Positions 1 through 13,974 of a DNA stretch of 64,000 nucleotides are shown one piece after another (position 1 is the stretch's first letter; each line of letters starts with the position of its first letter). Below the pieces are notes generated by a model. It was given only the letters and a program-made list of their open reading frames with translations. It had not been told where the DNA came from and did not search any database. The translations under genes and the position numbers were made by a program. The DNA is taken from NCBI GenBank assembly GCA_025201805.1, contig MU619283.1, forward strand, positions 39,381 to 103,380. The letters are read 5' to 3'. Origin of the DNA: Parasitella parasitica NRRL 2501. Taxonomy: Eukaryota; Fungi; Mucoromycota.

Positions 1-1130
1 CTCAATACGTTTGGAATTGGACATATGCACTTGTACTTACAATCCGTCTTGATCCTCAGTGTCTATATGCTGTTTTTCCTTGACAACAACGCAAGTTACT
101 GCTAATGTAGCCACGAATACAGCCATTGCAACAATGCAGAAGACCTTGATCTGTGAATCGCCCATCCATGGAAAATACTTTACCAAATCCATAAAACCAA
201 CGAAATATCCAATAACCATTGCAGAATTACTCATTCGCGCACTCCACGCATTAGCATATTCTTGCTGCCAAAGAGGTGGTACATCTAATATCAAGGCACG
301 ACAAATAGCTTGTACTGCGTTCAAAGTAAAATCGAGGAAATAAAACGAGGAAACAGCGACAACTATTGCGTAGAAATGTGCCTGAACATAGTTTATGTTT
401 AGGAGTCAGCGATACCGTCAAGATAGGTTCACTTACAGATTGACTAAATTGCTCTGGAGCATAGAAAGTACGTGCGATCCAGGCACCGAACTCTTTCGCA
501 TAGGCAACGCCAACCATAGACAAGCAAGTTAAAATACCTGATACAACAATGAAAGGTCTTCGTTTGCCAAATTTTGAAGTGCATTTATCGCTAAACGCGC
601 CAATGAGCTTCAAAAAAAAAAAATACAAAATGAATCTGTCAATGGCCTGATTCAAAGATAAGATATTCAACTTACGGGTTGCACGAGTAGCCCAGAAAGA
701 GGGCCCGCCAGCCAAACCAGAGCTGTCAATTCTTTTGACAAATCCAATGATAGCAGATATGGTGTCCCATAACTTTTAAACACAAATTATCAGATAAGCT
801 TTGTTGATCTATCTGCAAATTTACTTACGATAATTCAACTGTCCCTGAATATGTCGATAGTTTCTCAGTATTTGTTGTACAAATTATAGTTCTCAACTTA
901 CATGTGAATTGAACACCTGCCATACAAATAGTTAGGCCCAATATTTGCATTAGATCAAGACCAGCTTCTTTCGCCACATCTTGAGTTGAAGGGGTATCAG
1001 CAATTGTTCCAATACTGTTATAAGTAGTTGGATCAAATGAAGACCTTCTCCGTCTGTTTTTTGGTCTTGACAGTGGAGGCTTTTGCTGTTGCAATAACGG
1101 CGAAGTTTCGTTATTATTATTAGTAGTCAT
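1..1130 (-). CDS. Sucrose/alpha-glucoside:H+ symporter (SUT1/GPH-type MFS), multi-exon, 3' part runs off the window
   Basis: ATG at 1130 (MTTNNNNE). Spliced exons give [55 protein letters not shown] and NAVQAICRALILD, all characteristic of SUT/SLC45 transporters. Includes a 16-nt microexon (~828-843). Confidence 0.9.
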
Positions 1131-1796
1131 TCTAAATGTTAAGCTGGGGAAAAGAAAGAAACTGCAAGAATGGGATCTGTGCAAATCTTATTTAAAGCAA
1201 CTTTTTTTTTTTTTTTTTACATATCATATGATAAAGTAATTTAGGAGGTTGAAGGCAAGCATGTTGAGTGCCCAGGTTTTTGACATAAGGAACCAATCAT
1301 TCACTCACTTATCATATGTCTTGCTGATTATTATCATCCCCCTCCTCAGTCTTCATCTTTATATTTCAACGTCTGACTGAAAAAAAAAGGAGTATACACC
1401 CTAGAATAGCTCACGATCGGGAAGAGACTGATCATGGTTTTTTTTTAAAGTTCTACTCATCATATATTTATGTTTATACACATAAAAAACTCCCATTGTA
1501 TGTAAGGGCGCATGATTATGTACCATACAATTACAATGAAATAATGCACCTTTTTTATTGTGGCATAAATTAAAAACATCATATATGTAAATGAACAAAG
1601 CTCTACGGCAATTCATTTAAATTTTGTATAGAACTACAGAAAATATAAAATCGATGATTCATGTCGTATTTACTAGAATTGATTGTGTTTGCTTGGTTCT
1701 TTTTATCTATGATTATATAAAAAAGGGGTGAGGAGGAGAAGTGGGAGCATTCTGAAGGGGTTGGAAATGTCAAGAAAAACCACAGTAGAGATATTC

Positions 1797-3319
1797 TTAG
1801 GCAGAAACTTCATTAGAAGCGCTTTGGGCAACTTGGATTTCACGTCTTTTGATGGTGGTGGCAAGTACCTGTGATCGGAAAGAAAGACCCTTTGTGCGTT
1901 CGATAACTTGCTGGTAAACAGATGTTACTGGTGTGTTCATAATGACAGTGTTTTCTTCAAAATCAATCTTGGCGTCGACGCGAGTATCTCTAATCAAATT
2001 GACGATCCATTTTTCACCTTCTTCTTGAGACAGATTTAATCTTTGAGACATTTCCTTGATATCGATCTTTTGGTGAATTCTACAATACGTTTCAGAAATA
2101 AACTGTCTAGCACTTTCCATAAAGTCCTCATGAGTGGCAGCCAAAAAGAAGTCGTTGCTCAAAACATCCTCACATTCCTTCAATTTCTTTTGGGCGCCTT
2201 CAAAGTCGAAATGGACAAAAAGAGCTTCGACAAATTCAGTAACGGGGTCCCTGTACTCGTATGATTCTTGCTCAATAATCTTGACCAACTCCTTCATTTG
2301 ATTCTTTCTACGCTTGTTGGTAACGACAGCTGTGGCAAGATAACGTAAGATCCAAGGGCAAGAAGTTTGAATAGTGTTGATATATTGAGGGGTAAGGAAC
2401 ATATCAACAATGCCATCACGACCCTTAGGGTGGTTAAAGAACACGAATAAGGACCAATGAAGTAGCCATGTACGCTGCTGAAGTTGTTGAAGAGGTGATG
2501 TGAAATTTTTTTGATCAATGGTTTCTCTAAGTTTTTGCATTTCCTCAAGAGCAGCGTCCCAATTGCCTGTTAAAATTTCAGCTGCCATCTTTCCCCAAGT
2601 AGCGGAAAGAGTACGGTCGGCATCAGTAGACTAATAAAATGTCAAATAATTTGTTTGATATTTCAAAATTATATCATTTACCAGAACGCGGAAGTGATAA
2701 AGGTAATCAGCAGCTCCTCCATAATCACCACAATTGTATTGAAATTGACCAAATTCGTACAAAATATTGATAGAATCATCAGTAAACTAAATAAACCGTG
2801 TTAATAAGACACGAATAGATAAATTACGCTGCTCTGCTCCGTTTACTTTGTAATTTTCCTTTAAATACTGCAAATTTTGTGTCTTGTCTTGACGAAGAGC
2901 AGCAATAACATCAGGTTTTTCGAGAATATCCATAACGGTTTGAGCTTTTGATCTTAAATCTTCCATTTTAGACAAAACAATCTCTCTCTTTTCAGTAAAC
3001 TCTATGATAAACATGAATAATCACAGAGTATCGTGTTAATTCGATTGTACTTACCTTTGGGCGCATCCTCAGTATTATTAAGCTTTTTGTACAGATCAAG
3101 AACAAAATCAACCATGTTGGAGCTCTGGAATAAGTCGTACTTGGCTTGAAGTAGCTCCTCGGGAGCGTAAACCTATTGTTTTATTCATTTAATGCTGGTC
3201 AATCAAAAAATTAATATTGAATCTACTTCTTTGAGCTCTAGGAATTCAATGAGGGGGAAAACGAGATGGCGATCCAAGAATGGAATCATTCTCATAGTCA
3301 AATCTTGAGTGGCTGCCAT
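1797..3319 (-). CDS. INT6: Eukaryotic translation initiation factor 3 subunit E (INT6), 5 exons
   Basis: N-terminus [23 protein letters not shown]; WGKMAAEIL; [17 protein letters not shown]; PCI domain [12 protein letters not shown]...[10 protein letters not shown]. Four GT-AG introns. Confidence 0.96.
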
Positions 3320-3370
3320 TTTGCTTTAAATAGGATAATGGAGCTTCAACAAAGGAAAGAGGAAGAAACA

Positions 3371-3414
3371 AAAAATTTTGGAAGGCTTATAAACTTAGTC
3401 GCTTGCACAGTCAC
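3371..3414. promoter_or_regulatory. RRPE-like AAAAATTTT (3371-3379) and Homol-D-like CAGTCAC (3408-3414) in the ~120-bp eIF3e upstream region
   Basis: Short motif matches typical of fungal translation/ribosome-biogenesis promoters. Both could be chance in AT-rich DNA. Confidence 0.3.
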
Positions 3415-3438
3415 CTAAAAGCAAAACTTTATAATCGT

Positions 3439-4665
3439 TTAATGATTAGGCATTTTCATATTATCTAAAGGGTGCAATTGATTTTCAGTGTAAAAAGAAC
3501 AGTTATTATCATGTTCGCTATTCCGAGCTAAACGTATCTTGGGCGATAGATTCGTATCGCCTAATTTAGAAGACATCGAATATTTCTTTTTAGAAGAATT
3601 GTTGCTATTATTCTCCTGCCATTGAGAATTGACATCTGGCATCCAAGCTATGATATTCTGAGTGCGATCAGACGAAAGAGAATCCCTTGAGTTTACTTGG
3701 TGTTTTCTTTTGTATATCGGTTCTTCAGGCTTAATAAGAGTGTTTGTTTTTATGACACTATTCTTTCTCAATATTTGATCTACTTGTCCTAATGCTAAAC
3801 TATGCCTTTTAGAGGGCCTAATTGATTGGTAATAAGATGTAGGCTTTTGATTACTATCCCGAATGGTCTTCTTTCGCTGTTGTTGCTGAAATGACGATTG
3901 TTGCGAATTCATAGACATGAAGGAGCTACTCCTGGCCGATCGATCCAATCTTTGAGACACTGGTTCTTTCACCCGAAAAGGATACGGCAAGGCCATTCTT
4001 TCTAAGATATCAGTATTGGGATAATCCAGAAAATTTCTTATACTTGTAGGTGTTGGGATGTAGAATCCTGTTGATGCCGTTCCTGTAATTACTGGTTGCT
4101 CAGAGAACGGATACGTAAATGCTGAAAAATCTTGATATCTATCAAGTAAAGATGGTATTAGCTTAGTTACACTGAAGATCCTCTAATCGTTATGTAATAC
4201 TTGCATCTACGAACGAAATTTAGCGGTTTTTCAAGATATTAAACCACATTAACTTACACTGTCATCATCTTCATTACACAAAATCGAGTTGCTTTTACAA
4301 GACGAAGAACTGTAATCTTTATCTGAAGCGCCTGATTGAATTATTTCATTTGCCATTAATGAACTGATTGGTCTATGCTGGGAACAACTCGTTAAAGTGG
4401 AATGCTCTTGTGTTTCAATATCCAGCTGATCGAACGTCTGTTGTAATAACTGTGCTGTATCTTGTGGTGTATCCTCATCCTCAGTAACAAGTGAATGCAG
4501 CTGTCTTTCTATGTTGGGTGTATATACAGACGATCTATTTGACAAGGGCTTATAACTACTGTTATTACTACTCTGTAGACTTGTTGTTGAGGAATTTACG
4601 AAAAAATCCATATTATGCCATCCATAAAAAGGAAGTTGTTTTTGTACTGTTTGTGGTGAATCCAT
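3439..4665 (-). CDS. Hypothetical Ser/Asn/Gln-rich low-complexity protein, multi-exon
   Basis: ORFs 4249-4851 (ATG at 4665, MDSPQTV) and 3439-3996, separated by GTAAGT-type intron signals near 4257. No recognisable domain. Confidence 0.6.
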
Positions 4666-6396
4666 TGAATGATAATAAGATGTAGTTTTTTTTTTTTTTT
4701 TTTTTATAAATTGAAACCTTTTGTACTGATTAAATTTTTTCTTTTTTTGCGAAACCCAACAAGTAGATAGACTATTATTTTTAGTTCTATGAATCGTTTG
4801 TAAAATTATACATTTCTTTGAGCCGATCACATCCTTATAACTTCCGTGCACAACATAAGCTCATCAGATGTAATGAATCTCTCCAACTAATTATCTGATA
4901 TGCGCAAATGTTGGATGATGCCAAATACATGAGTACATGTGCTTAAAAAATTCAAGTCTCATATGTACTATCAATCTAATTTGCATGTAGTATATCTTAT
5001 AATGATAAAATTTGATGACCTAGTTTTAATTATTGAATTGAAACAAGTTCTCCATATTTCATCTAATATCCTTACCAAGTACCAAGGTATACGTTGCTGA
5101 ATGCAATCTTAACACCTTTTTCTTGGAGAAGCTATAATAATAGTTTCTAGTTCAAATTGTTAAATGGACAAATTCTATAGCTTTGAAAACATTATGGATA
5201 TAATTTGACAGAAATATTTAATCGGTTGTTCAGACAATCATACTATATGTATTCATTAGTCATTCATCATCAGGATAGCAAGATAATCCTATCATAGCTA
5301 TTTAGATCGTTCTTAAATTTAAATATTGGGGGTTTTTTTTTTATAAACGTGTGGTTGATCTGACGATGTATCAAGAACGGTGTAATGCTTTGTTAAAGAA
5401 TAATGAAATAAATAAAAACAGACTGTGATTGGCAGTTGACAAAGATCCAAGTTGATCTTTCATTAGCTTCTAATCATGCGGTAAATCTTCTAGTTATACG
5501 GTTAGATACAAAAAAAAAAGATAAAACCAGAAGTTAACAAGATACGAAAACTTGATAATACTTTATTTAAAATTGAAATTGCATCTGCTAATTATACCTT
5601 GTCTACAACTACATAAATTTATGGTGACTTATTTAGATTATTAATGGACAAGGCTAATTCACAGTGACAACCTACTTGACAGGGCACGATGTGAGGTTGT
5701 ACAACAAGGGCTACATGTCTTTGATCTGACAGTGCCTTAGCCTTTATCCTGGTGCTCAGATCTGTGAGTTACAACAGGAATAAACTTCTTGATTTGAAAC
5801 AGAGACTTCATTCTCCAATTTACACAAGCATATCACATCACATCATTGGACGATCTTCAATCTTCAATTGAAGTACATTGCCATGATTTCTTATCTATAA
5901 TTGTAGCAGATCAATATAATTTCATGATTAATACTCTTAAAAACATCACGTGGCCATTTCTCTTTTGAGAGCTGGTATTGCGTAAGTTGATAACTAAAAA
6001 AAAATACACACGCATCACTACTTGATGCTCTGCGGTGCGGGTTTTGTGAAATTGGTAGCGATGTTTTGGAAAGATCTTGCAGTAAACAGGTCAATGCCGA
6101 GACTAATTAGACTGTTTTGCTGTTGTTTAAGTGTATATTATGTCAAATAACTAGGATGGTATATGGTATCTCAGCGATAGAATAGCAAATAATTATATAT
6201 GACAGTATTTTAAACGTAAGAAAGTTCGATTTATTTCAAATATGAAGCATAATTCCATATATATTTCTAAGATGAGACGTTCCTAGAATTCAACATCAGG
6301 TTCAGGAACGTAGCTTCAATTGGCTCAGACTCTGATCACGTGCGGATAATCAATTAGCACCACCAAAAAAAATTTACATCTATAACATCTATATCA

Positions 6397-6468
6397 TCCT
6401 CAATGGTCTAGTGGCTAGGATTCATCGCTTTCACCGATGCGGCCGGGGTTCAATTCCCCGTTGGGGAA
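6397..6468 (+). tRNA. tRNA-Glu (anticodon TTC)
   Basis: Acceptor stem TCCTCAA/TTGGGGA, D-arm TGGTCTAGTGGCTAGGA, anticodon arm CATCG-CT-TTC-AC-CGATG, T-arm CGGGG-TTCAATT-CCCCG. Followed by a TTTTT Pol III terminator. No intron. Confidence 0.97.
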
Positions 6469-7538
6469 ATTTTTGACTCAACCACACACTGTGGTGCGCG
6501 TAGTTACGGCATCCAATGTTTCTGTGAAGCTTTTTTTTTTAACTAAATTCAACATCAATGCAGCGTAAGATAATAAAAACTCGTCTTTTATCTCCTGCGA
6601 TTACTTCTTATACTTTTTTTTAAGCCTGCCTGAGGAAACCTAACGTGAAGGGATTTTAAGCATATGATAACCTAGATACACTAATGTATAATAAGACGAA
6701 CGGGTAATATTCAAAAAGTATTGCTATTAAGAATCTTGATAAGTAGTGATTTAATAAGCCATATAATAGTCTTGACCTATTCCAAGAAAGTCTGAATTTT
6801 ATGCTTTGCATGCATGCTTACACCAGAAATCATGAACAAGGAGCCAAGTCTTGAAAAATTTGCGTATCAAAAATGAAGTTCTATTCGATTCATTGAATAT
6901 CACGTATATAGGCAGATTTAAAATAAAAATGTAGTGTACCTTTAAAGATATATATTGCAAGGATATTTAAAATTTCAATAAAATTTGAGAAGTCTCAAAA
7001 TATTTGTTTATAAGGTATATTGCAATAAACAAAACCAGAAATTGGGGTTTATGGTATATTTTGAAGTGTAAATCTAAAGCTGTAATAATCAATCTGATGA
7101 AATGAGCACCTCTTAAAAATATTAGCATGCATAAAAATTTGGTTTATTGAATAATAGTAATAATTGCTACAAATTAAAAAAGTTTCTACTTACATTGCTC
7201 ATATAAGTCGAGCTGACAAACTATATAATAACTTGCACCTTCTGTTTTTGCGAATAAGTGCAAGAATTCATTGATATGTATAATAATCAATTTCAATATC
7301 TTAATTACCACACAATAGTATAATAATATTGTATAAACAGCTCCAAATGACAGAAAATACAACCAGTTATATTGACAGCTTATTATGTATGCTTTTGTTG
7401 TGCCTTGGCATTAACTGTCTTCTTGTTGATTTAAGTAGTCAACTCCGCTAATGAGATCTTGATAAACAATTAACCAAGTTATCTCGTCCTTTTCTCCTTT
7501 TCTCTATTTTTTATACGTTTTCTGTAGTCTTACTATAT

Positions 7539-10373
7539 ATGACTTTATTCTCAAAGCTTACGAAAAGTGCAGGAAATACTGAGAAATTCATTTATCCTTG
7601 GTCGCAACGTAAATTAGGTGGTAATCATAATGCTTTACCGAGATTTGGACATGGTGCAGCTGCTCTCGATAACCAACAATTTCTTATTTTTGGTGGGATA
7701 CACAAAGGAAATACTAAAAAAAAAATACTTCTTGTAGATACAAGTAAGCCAATAAAGCTCATATTACTGTAAACATAGCTCACTAAAACTCATCCGTGTA
7801 GACAATATATCTGTTACCTCACTATCGACATCGGGTGATGTACCATCTCCCAGAAGCTTCACTACGGTCATTTCAATAAACTCTTTTATATTACGTAAGA
7901 AATGTAAAGTTGGATATCAAACATGCAATTTATTTACGGATCTATTGTAGTTTATGGTGGCGAGCCAATTCATGCCAATGAAATGTGGGATCCGCACTTT
8001 TACGTTCTGCATACAAGTAGGCCTAAAAATGCTTTCAATCTGCCAATTGACAGCATCCCTAATCCTAAATCATAGATACTCGTCAATGGTCAAGAGTGCG
8101 CACAAAAGGAAAGTTACCGTCAGAAAGAGCAGGACATTCAACTTTTGTTTCTGATGATGGCATCATGTATATTTTTGGTGGCCATTTTCAAAGAAAATAC
8201 CTGGGTGACTTATGCGCATTTAATGTGAAAGATTGTAAGCAAGATATCCATTGACATCTTGTTTGTATCCGGCTAATCATCTTTACAGATCCTGCCAAAG
8301 CAGAATGGGATTTCTTAAAGTACGAAAACCAAGGTCCAGCGCCGAGATCTGGACACGTTTCTGTGATTTACGACAAGAAACTATACATGTAAAGCTCCCA
8401 ATTGAATTTCTCATCCTAAATACTCATCCATTATTTTCGCTACTTAGATTTGGAGGCATGAATGCAAGCCATTTGTTTAACGATGTTTGGTGTTTTGATC
8501 TTGTAGCCCGAACTTGGCATCAAATATCAGCTCTTGGCTTTATACCCGCTCCCAGAGAAAGCTGTGCAGCTGCATTAGTAGACGATACAATTTATATATT
8601 TGGAGGACGAGGAATTAATGGACATAGCCTAGGTGATTTATGCGCATTCAGAATCAAGAGTGAGTCAAATATTCGAAGAAAAGAGGGATCAGCGCCATTC
8701 TAATCGTAATGGTGAGATAGGTCAAAGATGGTACATGTTCCAAGGCATGGGAACACCTCCTTCACCTCGCTATGGACTCTCGATGACAGTGATTGGCAGC
8801 AAAATATACGTATTTGGAGGCGAATCTGTTGCTGGTAAAACAGATGATAGCGCATGCGTATATGCACTAGATTGCTGTAAGTCTTTGATTATAGAAATTT
8901 CATTGCTAGCGAACTAACAAGTTATTAATAGCCAAAATAAAGTTTCCTCCCGAGCCAGAAACCTCAGAAGGCGAAAATAATAAGGTCGATCCTGCAATGA
9001 CGAGTACAATTAGAAATAGCAACAATTCGAATGCAACCAAATCTCAGAATCAGACGACAGAAACAAAAGTTGTACAAAATTTAGAGCTGCCTCAAGTGGA
9101 AACAAATACGAATCACCTTGACTACCAGCAGCATTTATTCAACAACGATGATCAAAAAATCAGTTCGCCCATATCAGCATATTCGATGGAAAGCAATTGG
9201 AGTCATCCGAGCCAATCACTAAACAAAGTACTATCTCGTTCTCCCCCACTTCGACCGCCTCGTGAGGGAGTCACTCTAAACAAAACTCGCCCACAAGCTG
9301 CATCGACCATGAGCGATTCATTCAAATTCAAACGAGAACTTCCATTTCAGCATCGATCACAGTTGCCACCAAAATTGTTCATCCCTAATATGAATAAACC
9401 CACAGCCAAGAAACCTGAGGAAAATGCAAAGTTATTGCTGGAAATCAAAGCTCGAGATACCATTATTTCAGAAATGAAGAAAAACGAACAATGGTGGCGA
9501 ACGGAAGTCTCTGTGGCTAGACAGTTACGACGAGATCAACAAGACGACACATGCCGAGACAAAGGGGATGTCCTGCTACATGATCTAGAACAGAAAGATG
9601 TACTGTTATTATTTCAGCAACTTGAGGCTGTCAAGGCTGAGATTAAAAAGATTAGAGCCAGTGTAAATAAACAAAATGACCCAATATTTGAAAAGATTGA
9701 GCAAGTAGAAAACATAAGCGCAATTGCGCTAGAGGAAGCAGCCTACTATAAAGCAAAATACACAGCATTGAAATCGAGGGACAACGGGGCTCTGGATCTG
9801 CTGGAATCAGGTAGAGCTGACATTTTAGAAACGAGGCTCAAGCTGGCATATCAAGAAAAAGACCATGTAAATCGAAAAATACAGACGTTGAGCTCTCAAT
9901 CGCAACACGATCGATCTGCAAGAGTATTAGCAGAGGGGAGAGCCAAAGACGCGCAAAAGCATTCAGAGAAAGCGCAGGGAGCACATCAAAACGCACTGGA
10001 AAGATTGACCCAACTGTACGCGAAATTAGTCAAGCTTGAAGCGCAGGGTAAAGATGACGCTATTTGCATTGCAGATTTATCCAGCAAATTAGCGGACCGC
10101 CTGTCTCTAGTCCACACAAAGGACCAGGACGAGTCGCAACTGCGCATTGAAATTGCAAGATTAGAAGCAACAAACATGAAATCCAGGAATGAGGTTGCAG
10201 GTTTACTCAAAAAGTTGGAAGAAAGCAAAGACGATGAAAATAACTTGAAGCTGTTATTGAACGATAAGGATCAAGAGTACACCGAAGCAGTTTTGGAGCT
10301 AGAAAAGACATGTATACAGCTCGATTTACTTAAAAATATGCCAAATAACCAAACCGCTTTTACAGCGGTGTAA
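7539..10373 (+). CDS. Kelch-repeat plus C-terminal coiled-coil cell-polarity protein (Kel1/Tea1-like), 8 exons
   Basis: Repeated kelch motifs (PRFGHGAA..FLIFGG, PRSGHVS, PAPRESCAAALVDDTIYIFGG, PSPRYGLSM..KIYVFGGE), then a long coiled coil containing NEQWWRTEVSVAR. Confidence 0.88.
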
Positions 10374-10572
10374 TAAAGTTGAGAGTTTTTGAGCCTTCTA
10401 AGGTAAAAATAATGTGTGTGATTTGCGATCTACATATGGCTACAATATGACGCTTTATTCATGCACCATTGGTTAAATCTCTTACTACGTCATTTTTTGA
10501 TCACAAACTTTATTAAAGCTGTTCGCGCAGCTTTTTTGTTGTTATTGTAATTACAACATCGCTACAACAGAA

Positions 10573-12829
10573 ATGTCCAGCAATCCTGATATTCCTGATA
10601 AACTGTATTATCTGGGTAAGTTAAGGTACCGCAAAGGTTTAAATCTGCTGTTAATCCCATTTTACCACACATAGACGATGATTTTTCTGTACGTTCGCTT
10701 CGAAAGTATCAGCTCAAAGAAATCCTGAGCACGCACAATATCCCCTATTTTCAAGGCATCACTCGACCCGATCTAATCAAGCTGTTCAAAAAGAATATTG
10801 AAGCTCGACGTGACGAAATCCTGAGTGAATACAAGGCAGCTACATTGGCCGAAAAGCAAGCTGAAATTACCCAAGAATTAGGACGTGGACACAGGGCCTC
10901 TCATAAGCCAACTAAATTCACAGACGTGTCAGTCAATGTGCCTAAACGCCGCCGACCGCATACTGATGAGGAGCGCATTTCATCAGTCAAGAAGGATAAA
11001 GATGGGTACGCTATCCCTGCCATTCCTGCAAATAGAAGAAAGACTGTGCCTGCATTTAATCCCGAAGACTCATTCGACGAAGATGATAATTACTTTATTG
11101 CTGCTTCCCCGCATCACGTTGCGCCGCAGATTCATGCGCAAAAGGTCGCTACATCCACCAGTAAGCTCACTAGTGAAGCTAAAAAACCAAGAGTACCAGC
11201 AGCACCAGTACGAAAGTCTGCGAGAAGAACTAAGCTTGATCCTCCTAAATTCAATCCTGAAGATTCGTTTGCTTCATCTGACGAAGAAGGGTACAGCACA
11301 ACAAAGCGCGAAGCCCGTCCAGAATCACCAAAAAATAAAAGTGAGAATGGAAAAGTTACATTTGGCAAGGAAACAGCAGAAGACGAAGATAATGGAGATT
11401 CCGACTATCAAGTAGATGGAGACGTTTCTGATGACGAAGACGACGAATTGGGCCAAGTTGACAAAGAAGAGTTGGTTCAACTGTACAAAGATCAGGCGAT
11501 TCCAGTCGAAAAATTTGTTGCACCCGAATATACGATTTCTACTCGATCTCAAACCATGACTACTGCCAAAGAAAACGTGCTTCTTTGGAAAGCAAAATTC
11601 AGACAAATTGGCTGTGTTTTGTGTGGGGTATACATGTTTTTTGCCCTGATTTGCCTTGGTATCACAGCTTACGCACGTCAGAAGAATGGCTATTGCCAAA
11701 ATTACCCTGATATCATAACCGAGAAGCCAGGTAAGGTCATTTAGGACATGGCAGATCAAACCTCAAGACTAAGACGTCAAACAGTTTCATCTTCCTTCTT
11801 TTCGTTATTCCCTTCTCCTTGCATTCCTTGTCCTGATCATGGTATTTGCGCTGGTGGGGAGTTGACTTGTGATACACTGTATGAGAGAAAAACGCCACTT
11901 TATAACATTGGCCACATGTTTCCCATTGCCGATGATTGCATCCACAACTCTGTACTTGGAAAATATGTCGCCAGAGTTGAGCGTAAAATCAAACACAAAT
12001 TAGCTGTTCGTCAAGGAGAATCCGCCTGCAAATATTTTCTCGCTCATGCAGACATTGAAGACACCGAACCAGCACCCATTGTTCGAGTTTTAGTCAAAGA
12101 CATCTTGTCTGATTTAAAGCAAAACATCCAACCTGCTCTTCCAGCTGATAAAACTGATGAAATTATGATTATTGCATTAGCTACAGTACTAGAAGACCCC
12201 AAAATCCGCTATTGGGAAGTGTAAGTGCGAATTGTGGATGGGTGCTATAGCGTAAATTAACGGTTGCTTTAAATAGCGATGGAGACAGGTATTTAGGAAC
12301 AGAATATTTCCACTATTCCACCAAATGCCAGCTTCAAAGGCTGTACAAAAAGACTCCATTCAATGTCAAGATGATGATCGTTAGTAAGTTGATTTTTCTT
12401 TTTTTATCATGCTTTGGTATCTAAAATGTAACTTAGCTTTCCTGTCTGTTGTCTCTGCTTTTATTGGCGCATCGAGAGACTACAAAAAAAGCAAGATCTA
12501 CAAACACAAGATTGACGTGCTTGTTAAGGATACAACAGAACGATTAATGAAACAGGTATTTTTTTTTCATCTAGTACATCTAGTAGCCCAAGCCTAATTT
12601 AAATAAATGTTATTTTTAGTACGAAAACCATCTCAAGGATCCTATCCAATATCCTTCTGCTGCGATTTCTGTATCTCAAATACGATCGTCTCTTGTCGAT
12701 GTTAATGACAGCAAAACCATCAAAGACTGGCACAGCGTCGTTGAAAAAATAGAATCACATCCACACATTAGAAAATCATTCCAGGAAGTTCGTGGCGATC
12801 CTGTGGAGTATTGGGAGTTGACCGTATAA
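10573..12829 (+). CDS. SRC1: Inner nuclear membrane LEM/HeH plus MSC-domain protein (Src1/Heh1/Man1 family), multi-exon
   Basis: N-terminal HeH (YL-DDFSVRSLRKYQLKEILSTHNIPY), disordered linker, TM helix then GYC, CIPCPDHGIC, second TM, C-terminal EVRGDPVEYWE. Stop TAA at 12827-12829. Confidence 0.88.
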
Positions 12830-13019
12830 ATTAAAACTGTAGATAATAATCAAGGGGATGTTACACAAATTACACATGTATTTACTAAAAGATGAATTTC
12901 AAAAAATTAGAAGAAAATACAAGTTTATTATTTATAAAGTGGTGGGTGTGAGTGTGAGTGTGATATAAGATTTCAAGATATAAATACAAGCTGCTGCCAA
13001 GGCATGGAGGGGGAAAAGA

Positions 13020-13974
13020 TTAGACACGTTTCCAGCCATAGCCGCCTCGAGAAGGATAGCGTTCGTTCCAGCCTCTGTATGAAGATGAATCACGTCTGAT
13101 CATGCACCATTGGATCAAACCGCCAACAACAGTAAGACCTAAGCAACCGCCAAGCATACCTCTTAGGGCGCTGTTTGCGGTTATTGCTGCATCAAGACTC
13201 TTTGCATGCAGCATTTGATTAACAATTTCCAAGAAACCGGTTTTAGCATAAACGTCGATACCACAGAAAATGGCAAAGGAGCCAATAAATGCCGTAGCAA
13301 TGACGAACATGGGACGCTCCAAGAATGCCATCAGCACAATACCAATAACTATGAAGCAAACAATCAAGATGGCACGGCCCCAATTAGTCTGAATCAAACC
13401 ATTTGTGTTCCATGATAATAACCACAACGCGAACAAATAACCGAGCAGTGCGCCAAGTAAATAAACAGCCAAAAAGAAACAGCAGCACAATAAACCACCG
13501 GCTAAAATACCAACTACAATGCTGACAACAAGCAAAATGGTGTCCGTGTTGCTTCCGTAGTCTGCTTTAGCGTTCGTCAAGATGATATAGGAAATATTGG
13601 CACCACAATAGAAGCCAACGATAAACATGGTAAATTTTTGGAATACGCCTGGATTTGTGCTTAATACATGATTAATAATGGTATAAAAACATCCGGTTTA
13701 CCTCCAAGGAAGCATAAATAGCCACCAGTGATAAATAGGATAACACTAAAAACGATGCCATGCACAGTTACAGAGTGCCCAGCAACTGATAAAATATGTA
13801 GGTTTAGTGTTTGGTTTTCAATTGATCTGAATCTCGAAACTTACAATTAATGGTTGCCCCACTCCCTGATACATCACCAATAGGTGCAGCAGTGACAAAA
13901 TCACCAAGGAACGTAACTAGCAGCGCTAGTAGTGAATATATAAAAAGCGTCGAATTCTTTTTGCCTAGAGACAT
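13020..13974 (-). CDS. Multi-pass membrane protein, DUF4203/TM7S3-TM198-like, with signal peptide
   Basis: ATG 13974 with hydrophobic N-terminus. Six to seven TM segments with IATAFIGSFAIFCGIDVYAKTGF, typical of DUF4203. Confidence 0.8.

Noticed and set aside
6309-6350. Second tRNA upstream of tRNA-Glu (A-box-like TAGCTTCAATTGG)
   Set aside because: No B-box/T-arm or acceptor stem can be formed.
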